Origin: an uncultured Holophagales bacterium
GTDB lineage: Bacteria; Acidobacteriota; Thermoanaerobaculia; Multivoradales; UBA5704
Length of the DNA stretch: 64,000 bases
NCBI GenBank assembly: GCA_963842525.1
Contig: CAWJGT010000009.1
Coordinates: 1,408,001-1,472,000, forward strand
Direction of reading: 5' to 3'
The notes below the pieces were generated by a model. It made no database searches and was not told the DNA's origin. It saw nothing but the letters and a program-made list of their open reading frames with translations. Each line of letters opens with the position of its first letter. Within the stretch, counting starts at the first letter, position 1. Positions 62,201 through 64,000 of the stretch are shown one piece after another. The position numbers and the translations under genes are program-made.

Positions 62201-63032
62201 GCCGGCCGGCGCAGAAGCGGACCACCTGCTCGGCGACCCCGGGCTCCAGCAGGTGGCTGCCCGCGTCCAGCACGAGCAGGGCGTTGCCGCCGTGCATCCG
62301 TTGCAGGCGCAGGCGGTTCTGGCCGATCGAGCGGAGGCGCCCGCGCAGCCCCTCGAGGTCGGGGAGGAAGTCCTCGCGCAGGCTGAGCAGGACCTTGTAG
62401 CCATGGCGGCCGAAGGCGAAGCCGCGGGCTTCTTCCGGATTCTCGTCCAGGCGCGCCCGCACCGCTTCGGGCGGATGCCCCTCGGTGAGCGCGGCCAGCT
62501 CGACGAGGAAAGCCTCGGCCGCCTGCGGACGGCGCTTGCCGAGGGTGAAGACCTCCTCGAATTGATCGAAGACCAGGAGCGGCGTGACCGGCCGGTTGCG
62601 CGGGCTCCAGAAGGCGCAGCCCTGGCGGTGGAAATACTCCCAGAGCGTCTCGCCCGGCGTGGCCGCGGGCGCTTCGACCTGCGCTGCCGCGGCCTCCCGG
62701 GCGAGGGCCGCGAGCACCTGCTCCGGGAAGGGAAGCGCGCGCTCGCTGAAGTCGAGACGGATGGTCACGGGCAGCACGTTCTGCTCACGCAGACGAGGGA
62801 AGAGGCCGGCCTGCAGGAGAGAGGACTTGCCCAGGCCCGAAAGGCCGAAGAGGATGGTCAGCCGCTCGCGCATCACGAGGCGGAAGAGCGCCTCAACCTC
62901 CTCGTCGCGGCCGCGGAAGAGCGCTTGGTCGGCCTCGCGGAAGGACGCCAGGCCGGGCCAGGGGTTGTCGTGATCGACCGTTCCGGTATCTGGCGGCGCG
63001 GAAGGCGGCGGGGGGAGGGGCTCCGTGGTCAT
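59228..63032 (-). CDS. STAND (nSTAND1-like) NTPase - TM - WD40 protein, paralogue of 49514-53389; frameshift near 59670
   Basis: NPWPGLASF, GLSGLGKSS, FDQFEE, ELTHD, TM helix, WD repeats. The C-terminal LAEAVGGY segment lies in ORF 59228-59638. Confidence 0.85.
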
Positions 63033-64000
63033 GGCGTTCCGGCGAGCGCCCGGTGATATTCGCGGAAGCCTTGCTTCAGCGCGGCGACGATCTCGGGGTT
63101 GGGCTTGCCCGGCTCCAGGCGCAGCCAATGGACCTTGCGGAACCGCTCCGGCAGGGAGGGATCATTGGGCGGCACCTCGTCGGCCACGATGGGCATGAGG
63201 TAGCGCAAGGTGGGCGGCACCTGCACCGCCACCCGCTCGGCCCAGTCCCACTCGATGCGGAAGAAGCGCCGCCGCGAGGTCAGGGTATGGCGCGACAGGA
63301 TGGGGACGAACAGCGAGCAGCTCTCGATGTTGCGCTTGATCTTGGCCTCGTAGTCGTCGCCGCCCTGGAGCGCGTCGCGGTCGAACCAGACGTCCACCCC
63401 GGCGCTCTCCAGCTCCTGCCGGAGGGCCTCGACCAGCGGCCGGTCCTCGCTGGCATAGCTCAGGAAGACCGCGCCCGGCTCCATCTCCAGGGGGCCGCGC
63501 ACCTGTTCCGCCGGGGCTGGCTCTGGCGCCGCCTCGGTGGCCGGATGCTTTTCGCTCCACCGCCGGGACAGCTCGGCCACCAGGTCCGCGGCACCGCCGC
63601 CCTGGTAGACCTTGGTGCGCGAGCTGAACCGCTGCAGGAACGCCACCAGGCCGGGGTCTTCCCGCAGGCGCTCGTCGGCCACGATGTCGGTCTTGCCGCG
63701 GGCGAGCCAGAGGCGCTCCCGTTTGGCGACGCGCAGGAAGAAGCGGGCGAGCCAGCTCGGCAGGCGGACGCCCAGGAACAGGAGCTGATGGCTGCCGAGC
63801 TCGTCGAGGAGCAGGTCCGGCCGCCGGTTCTCCGACTGGAGCGAATGGATGATCTCGAGGATGTCCTCCTCGGTCACCGCATAGTCGGGCACCGCCGAGA
63901 TGCGGCCGAAGAGGTGGAAGACGAGCGGCCCGTCCAGCTCCTTGATCGGCCGGTCGAGATCCTGCACGGCCGTGGGCGCATAGGCCAGCACCCGCGTCCG
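63029..64000 (-). CDS. SIR2-like plus TIR domain protein (5' partial), paralogue of 53386-54771
   Basis: VFHLFG, YAVTEED, VFLSYASED, FFRIEW; stop overlaps the STAND ATG. Confidence 0.88.
   Translation of the reverse strand, partial: RTRVLAYAPTAVQDLDRPIKELDGPLVFHLFGRISAVPDYAVTEEDILEIIHSLQSENRRPDLLLDELGSHQLLFLGVRLPSWLARFFLRVAKRERLWLARGKTDIVADERLREDPGLVAFLQRFSSRTKVYQGGGAADLVAELSRRWSEKHPATEAAPEPAPAEQVRGPLEMEPGAVFLSYASEDRPLVEALRQELESAGVDVWFDRDALQGGDDYEAKIKRNIESCSLFVPILSRHTLTSRRRFFRIEWDWAERVAVQVPPTLRYLMPIVADEVPPNDPSLPERFRKVHWLRLEPGKPNPEIVAALKQGFREYHRALAGTP

Noticed and set aside
58056-63128. 1690-aa STAND-WD40-DUF262 fusion shown in the ORF track
   Set aside because: It results from a frameshift near 59670. 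The STAND gene ends at 59228 in another frame, and DUF262 has its own RBS and ATG at 59027.

Overview
High-GC bacterial window. The ADOP-type permease remnant and the HTH-TPR and wHTH gene types suggest Acidobacteriota (Thermoanaerobaculia-like); this is an inference. Layout: (1) 1-12.1 kb is the 3' end of an NRPS (A-T-C-[deleted A]-T-C-A-T-C-TE), carrying two in-frame palindromic DNA insertions and coupled to a penicillin-acylase-family gene. (2) 12.1-20.6 kb is an insert bounded by a duplicated acylase 3' end; it encodes a large adhesin-like protein, a standalone secreted Ntox16-like protein, a DUF6714-like partner and a transglutaminase-like protein. (3) 20.6-26.7 kb holds accessory DNA: small ORFs, an IS1-family transposase with a divergent RHH gene, and hypothetical genes. 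(4) 26.9-35.1 kb has a 5'-3' exonuclease, comEC, an Rpn nuclease and a methionine operon preceded by an apparent Met-codon leader-peptide attenuator. (5) 35.1-42.4 kb has an HhH-repeat protein, two XRE-HTH-TPR paralogues flanking a secreted precursor with three NGCx(I/L)DPxGRC cores, a deleted permease, a 63-bp repeat and a MerR operon. (6) 42.4-64 kb is a minus-strand conflict/defence island with three STAND-TM-WD40 genes, two SIR2-TIR genes plus a decayed third, a Doc/AbrB toxin-antitoxin pair and a Menshen-like DUF262/ATPase/effector triad. Several single-base frameshifts look like assembly errors. All family assignments are by motif recognition; no searches were run.
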